The position numbers and the translations under genes were made by a program. The notes beneath the pieces are model-generated. The model was not told the origin of the DNA. It searched no databases and saw only the letters and a list, made by a program, of their open reading frames with translations. A stretch of DNA of 64,000 nucleotides from Glaciihabitans sp. GrIS 2.15. GTDB lineage: Bacteria; Actinomycetota; Actinomycetes; Actinomycetales; Microbacteriaceae. Position 1 is the first letter of the stretch, and each line of letters opens with the position of its first letter. The stretch spans positions 264,590-328,589 of the forward strand of contig NZ_JAXCHU010000001.1 in NCBI RefSeq assembly GCF_035984695.1. The letters are read 5' to 3'. Positions 54,990-64,000 of this stretch are shown one piece after another.

Positions 54990-56918
54990 ATGCACCGCGA
55001 GTCGAACCGACTGGTAAATCTCCTTCGAGGCGCTCTCACGTTTGGCCGCCGCTACCCGATCGTCACGACCACCGTTGTCGTGGGTCTGGTCGGAATGATC
55101 TTCTGGCTCGTGGGTGCCGGGGAGGTCACGCGTTGGTTGTTCAGCGTGTTCGCGATCCTCGTGGCGGCGATCGAAGCGCTGCAGATGATCAACCAACTGC
55201 GCAAGAAGATCTTCGGAATCGACGTCCTTGCCATTGTGGCAATCGTCTCGACGGTGCTGGTCGGCGAGTTCTTCGCAAGCATCATTATTGTGCTCATGGT
55301 CTCGGGGGGTAAGGCCCTCGAGGACTTTGCCCAGGGTCGGGCGCGGCGCGAACTGGACGCGCTGCTCGCGCGCGAGCCGCAGGTTGCCCACCGCACGCAT
55401 CCGGGCTCCGATCAGATTGAAGACATCGCCGCAGCGGAAGTGCTCATCGGAGACACGATCCTCGTGCGGTCGGGGGAGGTCGTGCCGGTCGACGGGCGCC
55501 TGGTTTCGGCGAGTGCGGCTTTCGACGAATCATCCCTCACCGGCGAGAGTATGCCGGTGACGAGACTCGCCGGAGAAACGGTGCTCAGCGGATCCGTCAA
55601 CGGTGTCACGACCAGCACCATCTCGGCCTCGGCGCTGGCCAAGGACAGCCAGTTCCAGGCCATCGTGGCGCTGGTGGAGTCGGCTTCGAGCAATCGTGCC
55701 CCGGTGGTGCGCCTCGCCGACCGTTATGCAATCCCCTTCACAGTTGTCTCGTTGCTGATCGCTGCGGTGGCGTGGATCGTCTCCGGAGACCCGGTTCGTT
55801 TCGCCGAGGTACTCGTGCTCGCCACGCCGTGCCCACTCGTGCTGGCCGCGCCGGTCGCTTTTCTGGGGGGAATGAGCCGGGCAGCCCATCGCGGAATTAT
55901 CGTGAAGGGCGGCGGGGTACTCGAAACGCTCGCTCGGGTGCGCACGGCCGTCTTCGATAAGACAGGCACCCTCACCGTCGGTGCACCGACCATCACCCGG
56001 ATAGTGCCCTGCGAGCCCTGGGAGGAAGCCGGGCTTCTCGCTCGGGTGGCGTCCGCAGAGCGATTCTCCTCCCACGTGCTCGCTGCCTCCCTCGTTCAGG
56101 CTGCCGAGGATCGTGGCCTTTCACTCCTCGCGACGGAGGCGGCCACAGAAGTAGCGGCGCAGGGTGTCACGGCGATCGTCGATGGCCATCACATTGCAAT
56201 CGGAACTCTCGCATTCGCGGCCGGGGTGGCTCCGGGTATCGAAGCCGTTGTGCTGAATTCGGGTGAGCTGGCGATCTACGTGGTAATCGACTACCGCTTC
56301 GCCGGTACGATCGTCGCGAGCGACCCGGTGCGCGAGAATGCGCGGGCGACGATCGCGCAACTCGGCGCACTCGGAGTGCGTGAGACCGTGATGCTCACCG
56401 GCGACGCTCGCGCAACCGCGTCGCACGTCGCGTCGACGGTGGGTATCTCGCGCTTCATCGCCGACTGCCTGCCCGGTGACAAAGTCGACGCGGTGAGGGC
56501 GATCAGCGCACGGCCGGTGCTCATGGTCGGGGACGGCGTCAACGACGCTCCTGTGCTGGCCGCAGCGGATGTCGGCGTCGCGATGGGCGCGCGCGGAGCG
56601 ACCGCCGCGAGCGAGTCTGCCGGTGCCGTCATCCTGCTCGATGATATCTCCCTCGTCGCTCTCGCAATCCGCATCGGGAAGGACACCGTGCGGATCGCGC
56701 TGCAGAGCATCTGGCTGGGAATCGCGCTCAGCATCGGTCTCATGCTCATCGCCACGTTCGGCGTGATTCCCGCCACTCTCGGTGCGGGAATCCAGGAGAT
56801 TGTGGACCTTGCGACCATTCTGAATGCGCTCCGGGCGATTCGTCCGCACGAGCGCATTGACGTGCCCGGAACCACCGCCCTCATCCCCACACCCGCAAAG
56901 GAATTCACCCATGAATGA
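54990..56918 (+). CDS. heavy-metal translocating P1B-type ATPase (no N-terminal HMA domain)
   Basis: TGESMPV. CPC motif (ATPCPLVLAAP). DKTGTLT. GDGVNDAP. 642 aa. Confidence 0.85.
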   Translation: MHRESNRLVNLLRGALTFGRRYPIVTTTVVVGLVGMIFWLVGAGEVTRWLFSVFAILVAAIEALQMINQLRKKIFGIDVLAIVAIVSTVLVGEFFASIIIVLMVSGGKALEDFAQGRARRELDALLAREPQVAHRTHPGSDQIEDIAAAEVLIGDTILVRSGEVVPVDGRLVSASAAFDESSLTGESMPVTRLAGETVLSGSVNGVTTSTISASALAKDSQFQAIVALVESASSNRAPVVRLADRYAIPFTVVSLLIAAVAWIVSGDPVRFAEVLVLATPCPLVLAAPVAFLGGMSRAAHRGIIVKGGGVLETLARVRTAVFDKTGTLTVGAPTITRIVPCEPWEEAGLLARVASAERFSSHVLAASLVQAAEDRGLSLLATEAATEVAAQGVTAIVDGHHIAIGTLAFAAGVAPGIEAVVLNSGELAIYVVIDYRFAGTIVASDPVRENARATIAQLGALGVRETVMLTGDARATASHVASTVGISRFIADCLPGDKVDAVRAISARPVLMVGDGVNDAPVLAAADVGVAMGARGATAASESAGAVILLDDISLVALAIRIGKDTVRIALQSIWLGIALSIGLMLIATFGVIPATLGAGIQEIVDLATILNALRAIRPHERIDVPGTTALIPTPAKEFTHE

Positions 56919-57438
56919 CACAACCACCGCTGTCACCACCACATCACCGGTGTTCACGGTGCCGGAGGGCAGTATCGTCGTCGGCCATGACGGATCCGGT
57001 GATTCCGATACCGCTCTCGCAGTCGCCTTTGACTTCGCCGGGAAGCTCGGGGTCGACATCGTGGTGGTGCGATCGTGGAGCATCGATACCGCCCCGCACG
57101 GTGCGCTCTACAACCATGGCTATGTCTCCTCGTTTGACGAGGTCACCGAAACGGTGCGAAAGATGCTTATTGCCGACACGGCGGAGATCGGCTCGCGGCA
57201 TCCTGAGGTCGCCCTTCACCATCGTGCCGCCCTTGCTCAGCCGGCGCAGCTGCTCACCCAGCTCGCTGCCCCTGCGCTCATGCTCGTGGTTGGACCGCGC
57301 GGGCTCGGGGGGTTCGCTGGCCTTCTTCTCGGATCGGTCAGTAGTCAGTGCGTGCAGCTCGCTACCTGCCCGGTTCTGGTCGTACCCACCCCCAAAGATC
57401 ACCCGCACGCGGATCACCCGCACGCAGATCACCCGTAG
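56911..57438 (+). CDS. universal stress protein (UspA family)
   Basis: ATG at 56911 overlaps the ATPase stop. USP fold motifs (IVVGHDGSGDS; GSRGLGGFAGLLLGSVS). C-terminal DHPHADHPHADHP repeat. Confidence 0.75.
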   Translation: MNDTTTAVTTTSPVFTVPEGSIVVGHDGSGDSDTALAVAFDFAGKLGVDIVVVRSWSIDTAPHGALYNHGYVSSFDEVTETVRKMLIADTAEIGSRHPEVALHHRAALAQPAQLLTQLAAPALMLVVGPRGLGGFAGLLLGSVSSQCVQLATCPVLVVPTPKDHPHADHPHADHP

Positions 57439-57475
57439 CGAAGCGAAACCGGATGCGGAGCAGAGTACCGTCAGG

Positions 57476-58384
57476 ATGGTGACTTCGAACTCCGACCTGT
57501 TTATCCTCGCGATGGATCATCGTGACTCCCTTCTTCGAGATCTCTACGGAATCGACGGCGACCCGACCGGGGAGCAGATTGCCCGTGTCTCCGCCCATAA
57601 GGGGCTCGTATTCGACGGCTTGCTTCGGGCCATCGAGGGCGGGGTGGATATCTCCCGGGTGGCTGTGCTTGTGGACGAGCGTTACGGTGCCGACGTCGCG
57701 GTGCGGGCACGGGAGGCTGGTATCGACCTTGCGATGCCGATCGAACGCAGTGGTGAGCCGCTGTTTCTGCTCGAATACGGCACTTTCGGTGACGGGGAGT
57801 GGATGCGTCATGTCGAGGCATTTGGCCCCGACCAGGTGAAGGTGCTTGTGCGCGACAACCCGAACGGGTCCTTCAATCGGCTGCTGCAGTTCGATCGACT
57901 TGTCACGGTGTCGAATGCCATTCGGGCATCGGGGCGCAAGTTCCTGGTCGAGCTCTTGGTGCCGGCCACGCCGTCCCAGCTCGAATCAGTGGGATCCGAT
58001 GCGCTGCGCTATGACACCGAATTGCGTGCCGGGCTCACGGCGCAGGTCATCGAGGAAATGCAGGACGAGGGAATAGAACCCGACATCTGGAAGGTCGAGG
58101 GTCTCGAGACGGAGCAGGATGCTCGCACCATTGTGTCCGCGGCCCAGCGCGGCGGACGGTCGAAGGTGAGTTGCATTGTGCTTGGGCGGGATTCGACACA
58201 GCAGCGGCTGGACCATTGGCTAGAGGTGGCATCCGCTGTCGATGGCTTTCGCGGCTTCGCGATCGGGCGCAGCATCTGGGAGAAGCCGCTCACCGATCAC
58301 CTCGCCGGAACGGCGAGCGATGAGGAACTGGTGCGACGTGTCGCTGCGAGCTACACGCACTTCGTGCAGACCTGGGAGCGCTGA
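57476..58384 (+). CDS. DUF2090 domain protein (aldolase-like, IolC C-terminal-domain-like)
   Basis: 302 aa. MVTSNSDLFILAMDHRDSL... The family assignment is from memory; I do not assert a function. Confidence 0.5.
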   Translation: MVTSNSDLFILAMDHRDSLLRDLYGIDGDPTGEQIARVSAHKGLVFDGLLRAIEGGVDISRVAVLVDERYGADVAVRAREAGIDLAMPIERSGEPLFLLEYGTFGDGEWMRHVEAFGPDQVKVLVRDNPNGSFNRLLQFDRLVTVSNAIRASGRKFLVELLVPATPSQLESVGSDALRYDTELRAGLTAQVIEEMQDEGIEPDIWKVEGLETEQDARTIVSAAQRGGRSKVSCIVLGRDSTQQRLDHWLEVASAVDGFRGFAIGRSIWEKPLTDHLAGTASDEELVRRVAASYTHFVQTWER

Positions 58385-58400
58385 CACGCGACGGTGGGCG

Positions 58401-59732
58401 CTACTTATTCGATGTGCAGGTATTCTGATCGGCGCTCTGGCCGGTGATCGCGGACGGAAGCGCGATCGAGGTCGGAGCCGGTGTGGCGGCAACCGATGGC
58501 GCGGCAGATCCTGAGGCCGTTGGTGCAGGGGCCGCTGGTGCCGGGGCCGGGGACGCGACGGTTGGATCGGCTACCGCGGCGCGACCGAGCTTGCCGGTGA
58601 GCGAGATTGGTTGGTCGGCCTTAAGCGCGGCGACGAGCGCCGCAGCCGGACCTGTCGAGGGTACAACCCGGTTGGGGTCGGCCGTGTCGGCGACGGTGGG
58701 GTACTGCAGGAACACGATCTTGTGAAGGTCGATTCCCTTGAGCGCAAGAGCAATCGAGACCAGGGTGGTTGGGTTGAGGGTGTCCGAAAAATGCATATTC
58801 GACAGCGCGGAATTCGCGAGTTTGTAGAGTGTGATCGGGTTACCAAGGACACCTTCGCCGGTGATTTTGCGGGTCAGGGCGGAGAGGAAAACTTGCTGGT
58901 TACTGATTCTGCCGAGGTCGCTTCCGTCGCCCACACCGTGGCGGCTGCGCAGGAATGAGAGCGCGGTGTCACCCACGAGGGTCTGCTGGCCCGCGGGGAG
59001 ATTGAGTTGCGGGTCGGTGTAGTCATCCTTGACCGGGGTCGCCAGACACACCGTTACGCCCCCCACAGCGTTTGACATGCCAGTGACACCATTGAAAGTG
59101 ATGATGGCGGCGTAGGGGATCGACAGGCCGGTCATTTTCTCGACCGTCTGCACCGTGCACGAGAGGCCGCGGGCGAGAGTCGAATTGAACATTGCCGACG
59201 AGATGCCCTTGCCGCAGAGCGGGATCGAGACAAGGTCGCGGGGAAAGCTCACCACGGTGGCGCTCGAATGGTCGGCGGAAACGTGCAGAAGCATCGTGAC
59301 GTCGTTATTGCCGGCGCCCGAGCTTCCGGCGAGCTCGGCCTTGGTCTGGTAACCAACTTGCGCCGTGCGAGTGTCGGAGCCAGCCAAAAGCAGATTGACC
59401 TCGCCATCGATCGGGCCAACCGCCGGCGCGGCCTTCACGCTGGGGGCTCCGGCCAGGTGAGCGAGATGAATGCCCGGCCCGCTGGCCGAGACCGCGTCGT
59501 AGACGGCGAAGGCCCCTACGGCAGCGCTGCTCACCGCGACGACGGCAACCGCAGCAGCGAGCACCTTGGCGATCGCCGCCACCGGATGCGAGGAGTGGAG
59601 TCGGCCGTGGCGGATTGGCGCAACGGAACGCGAGGACGGATCGCCTGACCCTGAACTTCGACGACCCATGAGACCTTTCCTTCGCACGCAGCACGCGTGA
59701 CATCCTAAGAAATATAACCCAACTCGCCTCAA
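58401..59732 (-). CDS. LCP family protein (LytR-CpsA-Psr cell-envelope phosphotransferase)
   Basis: N-terminal TM, then LCP domain (VNLLLAGSDTR...DVTMLLHVSADHSSATVVSFPRDL). C-terminal Pro/Ala-rich tail. The start may be the internal Met near 59669. Confidence 0.75.
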   Translation of the reverse strand: MRRVGLYFLGCHACCVRRKGLMGRRSSGSGDPSSRSVAPIRHGRLHSSHPVAAIAKVLAAAVAVVAVSSAAVGAFAVYDAVSASGPGIHLAHLAGAPSVKAAPAVGPIDGEVNLLLAGSDTRTAQVGYQTKAELAGSSGAGNNDVTMLLHVSADHSSATVVSFPRDLVSIPLCGKGISSAMFNSTLARGLSCTVQTVEKMTGLSIPYAAIITFNGVTGMSNAVGGVTVCLATPVKDDYTDPQLNLPAGQQTLVGDTALSFLRSRHGVGDGSDLGRISNQQVFLSALTRKITGEGVLGNPITLYKLANSALSNMHFSDTLNPTTLVSIALALKGIDLHKIVFLQYPTVADTADPNRVVPSTGPAAALVAALKADQPISLTGKLGRAAVADPTVASPAPAPAAPAPTASGSAAPSVAATPAPTSIALPSAITGQSADQNTCTSNK

Positions 59733-59817
59733 CAGACGCTGAGCAGGGCTGGCCGTCCTTAATCCCGAGCGTAAAGTGGTGGCATTCTCCCTCCACCGTC
59801 ACAGAGGAGTTCGACCC

Positions 59818-61293
59818 ATGCCAACTCATGTGAGGGTCGCGATAATCGGCTCGGGATTCGCCGGACTCGGTATGGCGATCCAGCTTGCGCGTCACGGGAT
59901 CGACGACTTCGTGATCGTCGAGCGTGGAAGCGAAGTGGGGGGCACCTGGCGCGACAACACCTATCCGGGAGCCGCCTGCGACATCCGCAGCGACCTGTAT
60001 TCGTTCTCTTTCGCGCCAAGGCACGACTGGAAACACCGCTACGGCAGGCAAGCCGAGATCCTCGACTATCTTCGCTCCACCGCGGACAGGTTCGGCATCC
60101 GGCCCCGCATTCGCTTCGACACCGAGCTGCTGGAGGCGACCTGGGACGCTGTCGCCGCGTTCTGGCGGCTGCACACCAGCACGGGGGAGTTGACCGCCTC
60201 GGTGCTCGTCTCCGCAGCTGGTCCTCTCATCGATCCGGTCTGGCCGCAGATTCCGGGCCTCGAGCAGTTCGAGGGAGTGCGGTTTCATTCCTCCCGGTGG
60301 CGCCATGACCTCGACCTCGCCGGCCTTCGCGTCGCGGTGATCGGCACCGGGGCATCCGCGATCCAGTTCGTACCTGAGCTGCAGAAGACAGTCGGTTCGC
60401 TCACCGTGTTCCAGCGGACTCCCGCGTGGATCGTGCCGCGAGGGGATGCGCCAACCACGGAGCGGCGGGTCCGACTGTTCCAGCGGTTCCCGGTGCTGCA
60501 GCGTGCCTCCCGCGCCTGGAGCTTTCGGCTCGCCGAAACCCGGTTTGCGGGATTTCGAAGCAGGGCGATCGGAGGCCTGATGCAGTCCTTCGCGCGTGGG
60601 TACCTTCGACGCCAGGTGGCCGACCCGCAGTTACGCGCCAAGCTCACGCCCGACTATCGCATCGGCTGTAAGCGCATCCTCATCTCGAGCGACTTCTACC
60701 GAGCGGTGACCAGATCGAACGTCGAGCTCGTCACCGAGTCCATCACTTCGATCGATGGTCGCGAGGTCGTCACCGCCGGGGGCGCTCGGCGGGAATTCGA
60801 TGTGCTCATCGGCGGTACCGGGTTCAACGCGACCGAGCCTCCGATTGCCCGGCTCGTGCGCGGAGTCGGCGGAGTCACCCTCTCCGAGGCGTGGGCTCCC
60901 CACATGGAGGCGCTGCATGGCACGACCGTGGCCGGGTTTCCGAACCTGTTCCTGCTCGTCGGACCGAACTCGGCCCTCGGCCACAACAGCATCATCTACA
61001 TCATCGAAGCTCAGGTCGACTACGTGCTCAAGGCCCTCGATGCGATGTCGGCGAGTGGCGCTGCATTCGTGGTTCCGACCGCTGAGGCGCAACGCCGATA
61101 CAACCAACGGGTGCAGGCCGATCTCGCGGAATCGGTGTGGGTGAGTGGCGGATGCTCGAGCTACTATCTCGACACTGGTGGCCGTAACACCACGCTGTGG
61201 CCGCATCGCGCGGCGCTATTTCGCCGGTCCGTGCGCCGCTTCGACGCGAAAGAGTACCTCCTCGAACCCGCGTCGGCCCCGGCGGAGGGCTGA
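59818..61293 (+). CDS. flavin-containing monooxygenase (NAD(P)/FAD-dependent, BVMO-like)
   Basis: Two Rossmann motifs (VAIIGSGFAG; VAVIGTGASA) with the FMO-type spacing. ATG 59818. Confidence 0.75.
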   Translation: MPTHVRVAIIGSGFAGLGMAIQLARHGIDDFVIVERGSEVGGTWRDNTYPGAACDIRSDLYSFSFAPRHDWKHRYGRQAEILDYLRSTADRFGIRPRIRFDTELLEATWDAVAAFWRLHTSTGELTASVLVSAAGPLIDPVWPQIPGLEQFEGVRFHSSRWRHDLDLAGLRVAVIGTGASAIQFVPELQKTVGSLTVFQRTPAWIVPRGDAPTTERRVRLFQRFPVLQRASRAWSFRLAETRFAGFRSRAIGGLMQSFARGYLRRQVADPQLRAKLTPDYRIGCKRILISSDFYRAVTRSNVELVTESITSIDGREVVTAGGARREFDVLIGGTGFNATEPPIARLVRGVGGVTLSEAWAPHMEALHGTTVAGFPNLFLLVGPNSALGHNSIIYIIEAQVDYVLKALDAMSASGAAFVVPTAEAQRRYNQRVQADLAESVWVSGGCSSYYLDTGGRNTTLWPHRAALFRRSVRRFDAKEYLLEPASAPAEG

Positions 61294-61329
61294 ACGCCCC
61301 AGAACAGTGTCGCGGGAGATGATGGAACC

Positions 61330-62163
61330 GTGAGCGAAACCGTGAATCCGATCGACGGCACACGAATCTCATTTGACGAACGTGGCGAAGGCCCCCCGCT
61401 CCTGCTGGTACACGGATCGGCCCTTTCGCGATCGATCTGGCGTGGATTCGGCTATCTCGCCGCACTGCAGGATCACTACCGCGTGATCTCACTCGACCTG
61501 CGTGGACACGGTCGAAGCGGCAAGCCGCACGAGCAGTCGGCCTATCGCATGCCGCTCGTGCTCGCGGACATTCTCGCCGTGCTCGATGCCGTGGAGGCTT
61601 CGGCCGCCCATGTCTTCGGCTATTCCTTCGGAGCGCGCGCGGGATTCTCTCTCGCCGACACCCGGCCCGAACGGATGCTCTCGTTCATTTCAGCGGGAGG
61701 CACCTACCGGGCTCCCGGTGGAAGCGTCTCCGAAGTGTTTTTTCCCGACTACGACGCCTCCCTTAGTACGAATGGCATGCCGGGGTTTCTCGAGGGCTGG
61801 GCCAGGCACTCCGGCACCCCAATCGATCCGCAGACAGCGGCGGCCTTCCTCGCCAACGATCCACTGGCCCTGCGTGCGTACTTCCGCCAGGTTGAGCTCG
61901 AACCGGGGATAGCGGATGCCCGGCTCACGCAGCTCGAAACGCCGACCCTTCTCCTCGCCGGCACCCGGGACCACGCCCGCTACCTCGACTCCGAGCGAGC
62001 AGCCACCCTCATGCCACACGCCAGCTTCCGGGCCTTGGCGGGCCGGGGTCACGGTAATACGCTTCGGCCAGCCGATGAGGTGCTGGCGGCAGTCATCCCG
62101 TTCCTTGCGTCGGTCGATACCTCACCGGATCAGGGCAGTGTGCCGATCACCACGGTGGAGTAG
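61330..62163 (+). CDS. alpha/beta hydrolase fold protein
   Basis: HGSALSRSIW (oxyanion region). GYSFGA nucleophile elbow. C-terminal His region (GRGHGNT). Confidence 0.75.
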   Translation: MSETVNPIDGTRISFDERGEGPPLLLVHGSALSRSIWRGFGYLAALQDHYRVISLDLRGHGRSGKPHEQSAYRMPLVLADILAVLDAVEASAAHVFGYSFGARAGFSLADTRPERMLSFISAGGTYRAPGGSVSEVFFPDYDASLSTNGMPGFLEGWARHSGTPIDPQTAAAFLANDPLALRAYFRQVELEPGIADARLTQLETPTLLLAGTRDHARYLDSERAATLMPHASFRALAGRGHGNTLRPADEVLAAVIPFLASVDTSPDQGSVPITTVE

Positions 62164-62888
62164 AACTCGCCAGACTGCGCGATCTCAGGGATGAGCCCGT
62201 TCGCTTCGAAGACTTGTGCGGTCAGCGCGGCCTGCTCCTCGCTCGACTCCACGAACAGGTGCCCACCGCGGGCAAGCCAGTGCGGCGCGGCTTCCGCCAC
62301 GCTCCGCTGCACGTCAAGGCCGTCTAACCCGCCGTCGAGCGCGACCCGCGCCTCGTAGAGCCGCGCCTCCGGGGGCATGAGGGCCAAGGCATCCGTCGGC
62401 ACATAGGGGGTATTGGCGACCAGGATGTCGATGCGGCCCCGGAGCGCGGGAGGCAACGGATCAAACAGGTCACCCTCGAAAACACGGGAGGGGCGGAGGT
62501 TTCGGCGGGCACTGGCAACCGCCGCCGGGTCGATATCGGCGGCGTACAGGTCGATACCCGGCAGCCGGGAGGCGATGGCCGCCCCGATCGCGCCAGCTCC
62601 GCAGCAGAGGTCGAGCACGACAGCATCCGGAGCTGCCATCGCCACGGCCCACTCCACCAGGAAGGCGGTCCGCTGGCGTGGAACGAACACTCCGGCATCC
62701 ACGGAGATGCGCAGGCCGCTGAACTTCACCCAGCCGAGGAGGTGCTCGAGCGGAATGCCGGAGACCCGCCGCTCGACCAACTGCCGTAAATCGGCCGGGG
62801 ACGATGCCGCTTCGATCAGGAGTGCAGCCTCCTCTTCGGCGAAGACGCAGCCCGCTGCGCGGAGCTCGGCGATCACGGAAGCCAGCAT
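62130..62888 (-). CDS. PrmC/HemK-like class I SAM-dependent methyltransferase (putative protein N5-glutamine methyltransferase)
   Basis: SAM-binding motif (VLDLCCGAGAIG). NTPY substrate-amide motif (ILVANTPYVP). The start was taken at the internal Met (MLASVIAELRA). Convergent 34-bp overlap with the hydrolase gene. Confidence 0.7.
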   Translation of the reverse strand: MLASVIAELRAAGCVFAEEEAALLIEAASSPADLRQLVERRVSGIPLEHLLGWVKFSGLRISVDAGVFVPRQRTAFLVEWAVAMAAPDAVVLDLCCGAGAIGAAIASRLPGIDLYAADIDPAAVASARRNLRPSRVFEGDLFDPLPPALRGRIDILVANTPYVPTDALALMPPEARLYEARVALDGGLDGLDVQRSVAEAAPHWLARGGHLFVESSEEQAALTAQVFEANGLIPEIAQSGEFYSTVVIGTLP

Positions 62889-63645
62889 CCCCTCATCGTA
62901 CTTATCGTGTTTTCGGTCGTCGCGCGTCACGAAGCTGTTTACGGAGCTGGATCGTCTCGAGCACTCCGGTCTCTTACACCTGTCGAGTGCAGACGTTATG
63001 GACGGCCGGGCAAGGCGGTGTTCCGAACTCATGCCCGACGGCCGTCAGGCCCTTAGGGACACCGCTCCAACTGACACGCATGATTCGCCGGAGAATCGCG
63101 GGTCTGGCCATCGTGAGCGGATCGGTCGGTTGACTGTGCGTCTCGTTCACTCTCACCGGGAGCTTCTGGAGCACGATTGTTCTCGATGGCACCCAGGCAA
63201 TGAACCTCGGTCTTGCCGCAAGGTCACTTGCCGCAATTCCTGTTGCTCTAGCCGGCGGTATCGCGTTGCTCTAGCCGGCGGTATCGCGGTGACTCGTCGT
63301 CGTGGTGCACGGTTCTGAACGCCAACATTGGCTCTCAGTGCACCCCTCACGGCTTCCTCCGCCGGGCGGTCCGTTTGATTGCCATGGTGGGGAGCAGCAT
63401 GGCTGTTGCGGTGGGCATCGGACTCCTCACGGCGACAATTCTTCCGGTTGCCGCACCGCTGGTCGCGAATGCTGTTGTCATCTGGGCGATCCGGACTGGG
63501 ACCGCGACTGCGACCGCGATCTGATCGACCAGTCTCAGATCGACCCGTCTCGGATCGACCTGTCTCGGATCAACCCGTCGGGGCGCGAAATGAGGGCCAT
63601 ACTCGACAGGGGTGTGTTTCTCACCTCGGGTGCCGCGAGAATTGC

Positions 63646-64000
63646 TCAGGAACGCGCAGGACTGCCTGCCCGTTCAGTATGAGCGGCAGATCTGTCCTCG
63701 GTGACGCGCACGAGCATCTTGCCGATGTTGCCTCCGTGCATGAGCCGTTGCCAGGCGTCGAAAGCGTTCTCGACACCGTCGATCACTGTCTCATCGAATA
63801 CGAATGCCCCCGAGGTGACCAAAGGGGTGATCTCGCGAAAGAACTCCGGAGCATACTGCTGGTAGCTCGGGATCGTGAAGCCCTTCAGGGTGAGGCCCTT
63901 AGAGATCAGCATGGCGAGATTGCGCGGGCCGGGCTCAGCGCGCTCGGAGTTGTAGGCGCTGATGGCTCCGCAGATCGCGGCGCGGCCGCCATCGTTGAAC
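63646..64000 (-). CDS. NADP-dependent oxidoreductase (MDR superfamily, zinc-independent), C-terminal part; N-terminus lies beyond the window end
   Basis: Minus-strand frame stays open to the window end: ..FNDGGRAAICGAISAYNSERAEPGPRNLAMLISKGLTLKGFTI...GKMLVRV.. Confidence 0.6.
   Translation of the reverse strand, partial: FNDGGRAAICGAISAYNSERAEPGPRNLAMLISKGLTLKGFTIPSYQQYAPEFFREITPLVTSGAFVFDETVIDGVENAFDAWQRLMHGGNIGKMLVRVTEDRSAAHTERAGSPARS

Noticed and set aside
63243-63560. Possible CRISPR array suggested by short direct repeats
   Set aside because: Only 2-3 units, with no regular repeat/spacer alternation and no cas genes nearby. Treated as simple tandem repeats.

Overview
This window is high-GC (~68-70%) actinobacterial chromosome, with gene content resembling Microbacteriaceae/Leifsonia-type genomes. 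I cannot name the organism from sequence alone.

The first ~27.9 kb is a conserved, intact housekeeping block. On the minus strand at the window start is a partial peptide/nickel ABC substrate-binding lipoprotein. It is followed by a TetR regulator, a CDF transporter, ileS with an upstream T-box leader, folC, a DUF4233 protein and ndk. Then come a DsbA-like/VKOR pair, rne (RNase E), a permease/TIGR03943 pair, rplU-rpmA-obg-proB, proA, nadD, a large acidic proline-rich repeat protein and rsfS.

A tRNA-Ala(GGC) gene sits at 27897-27970. It is followed directly by a degraded excisionase-like HTH gene with an in-frame TAG and a tyrosine integrase broken by at least three frameshifts. Downstream, from about 28 to 48 kb, is an accessory region rich in pseudogenes. 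It holds a dienelactone hydrolase, a MarR-like gene, an SPFH/band-7 gene and a lower-GC ABC transporter operon. In that operon the ATPase is broken by two 1-nt deletions and a 16-bp tandem duplication, and the permease by one frameshift. It also holds an HNH-lipoprotein/DUF3761 gene split by an in-frame TAG, a class-A PBP frameshifted in a G-run, a PAP2 remnant, a ClC channel, lgt, a GH3 glycosidase with a divergent ROK regulator, and IS3- and IS30-like transposase remnants.

A degenerate copy of the tRNA 3' end plus an 18/19-nt repeat at ~48.28-48.36 kb looks like an old attR. This suggests an integrated element of about 20 kb that has since decayed.

The last ~14 kb is intact again. It has a Zn-ADH and a CstR-like (CsoR-family) repressor with a CoA-disulfide-reductase-rhodanese fusion, with a palindromic operator upstream. 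These are followed by a Ser/Thr kinase with a GAF domain, a heavy-metal P-type ATPase, UspA, a DUF2090 protein, an LCP protein, a flavin monooxygenase, an alpha/beta hydrolase, a PrmC-like methyltransferase and a partial NADPH-dependent oxidoreductase.

I did not find a CRISPR array, an rRNA gene or a recognisable multi-gene defence system. I also did not find an obviously novel multi-gene system. The most unusual structure is the tRNA-linked, heavily pseudogenised island. Its lesions, whether frameshifts in homopolymer runs or amber stops, are all confined to it or its immediate vicinity.
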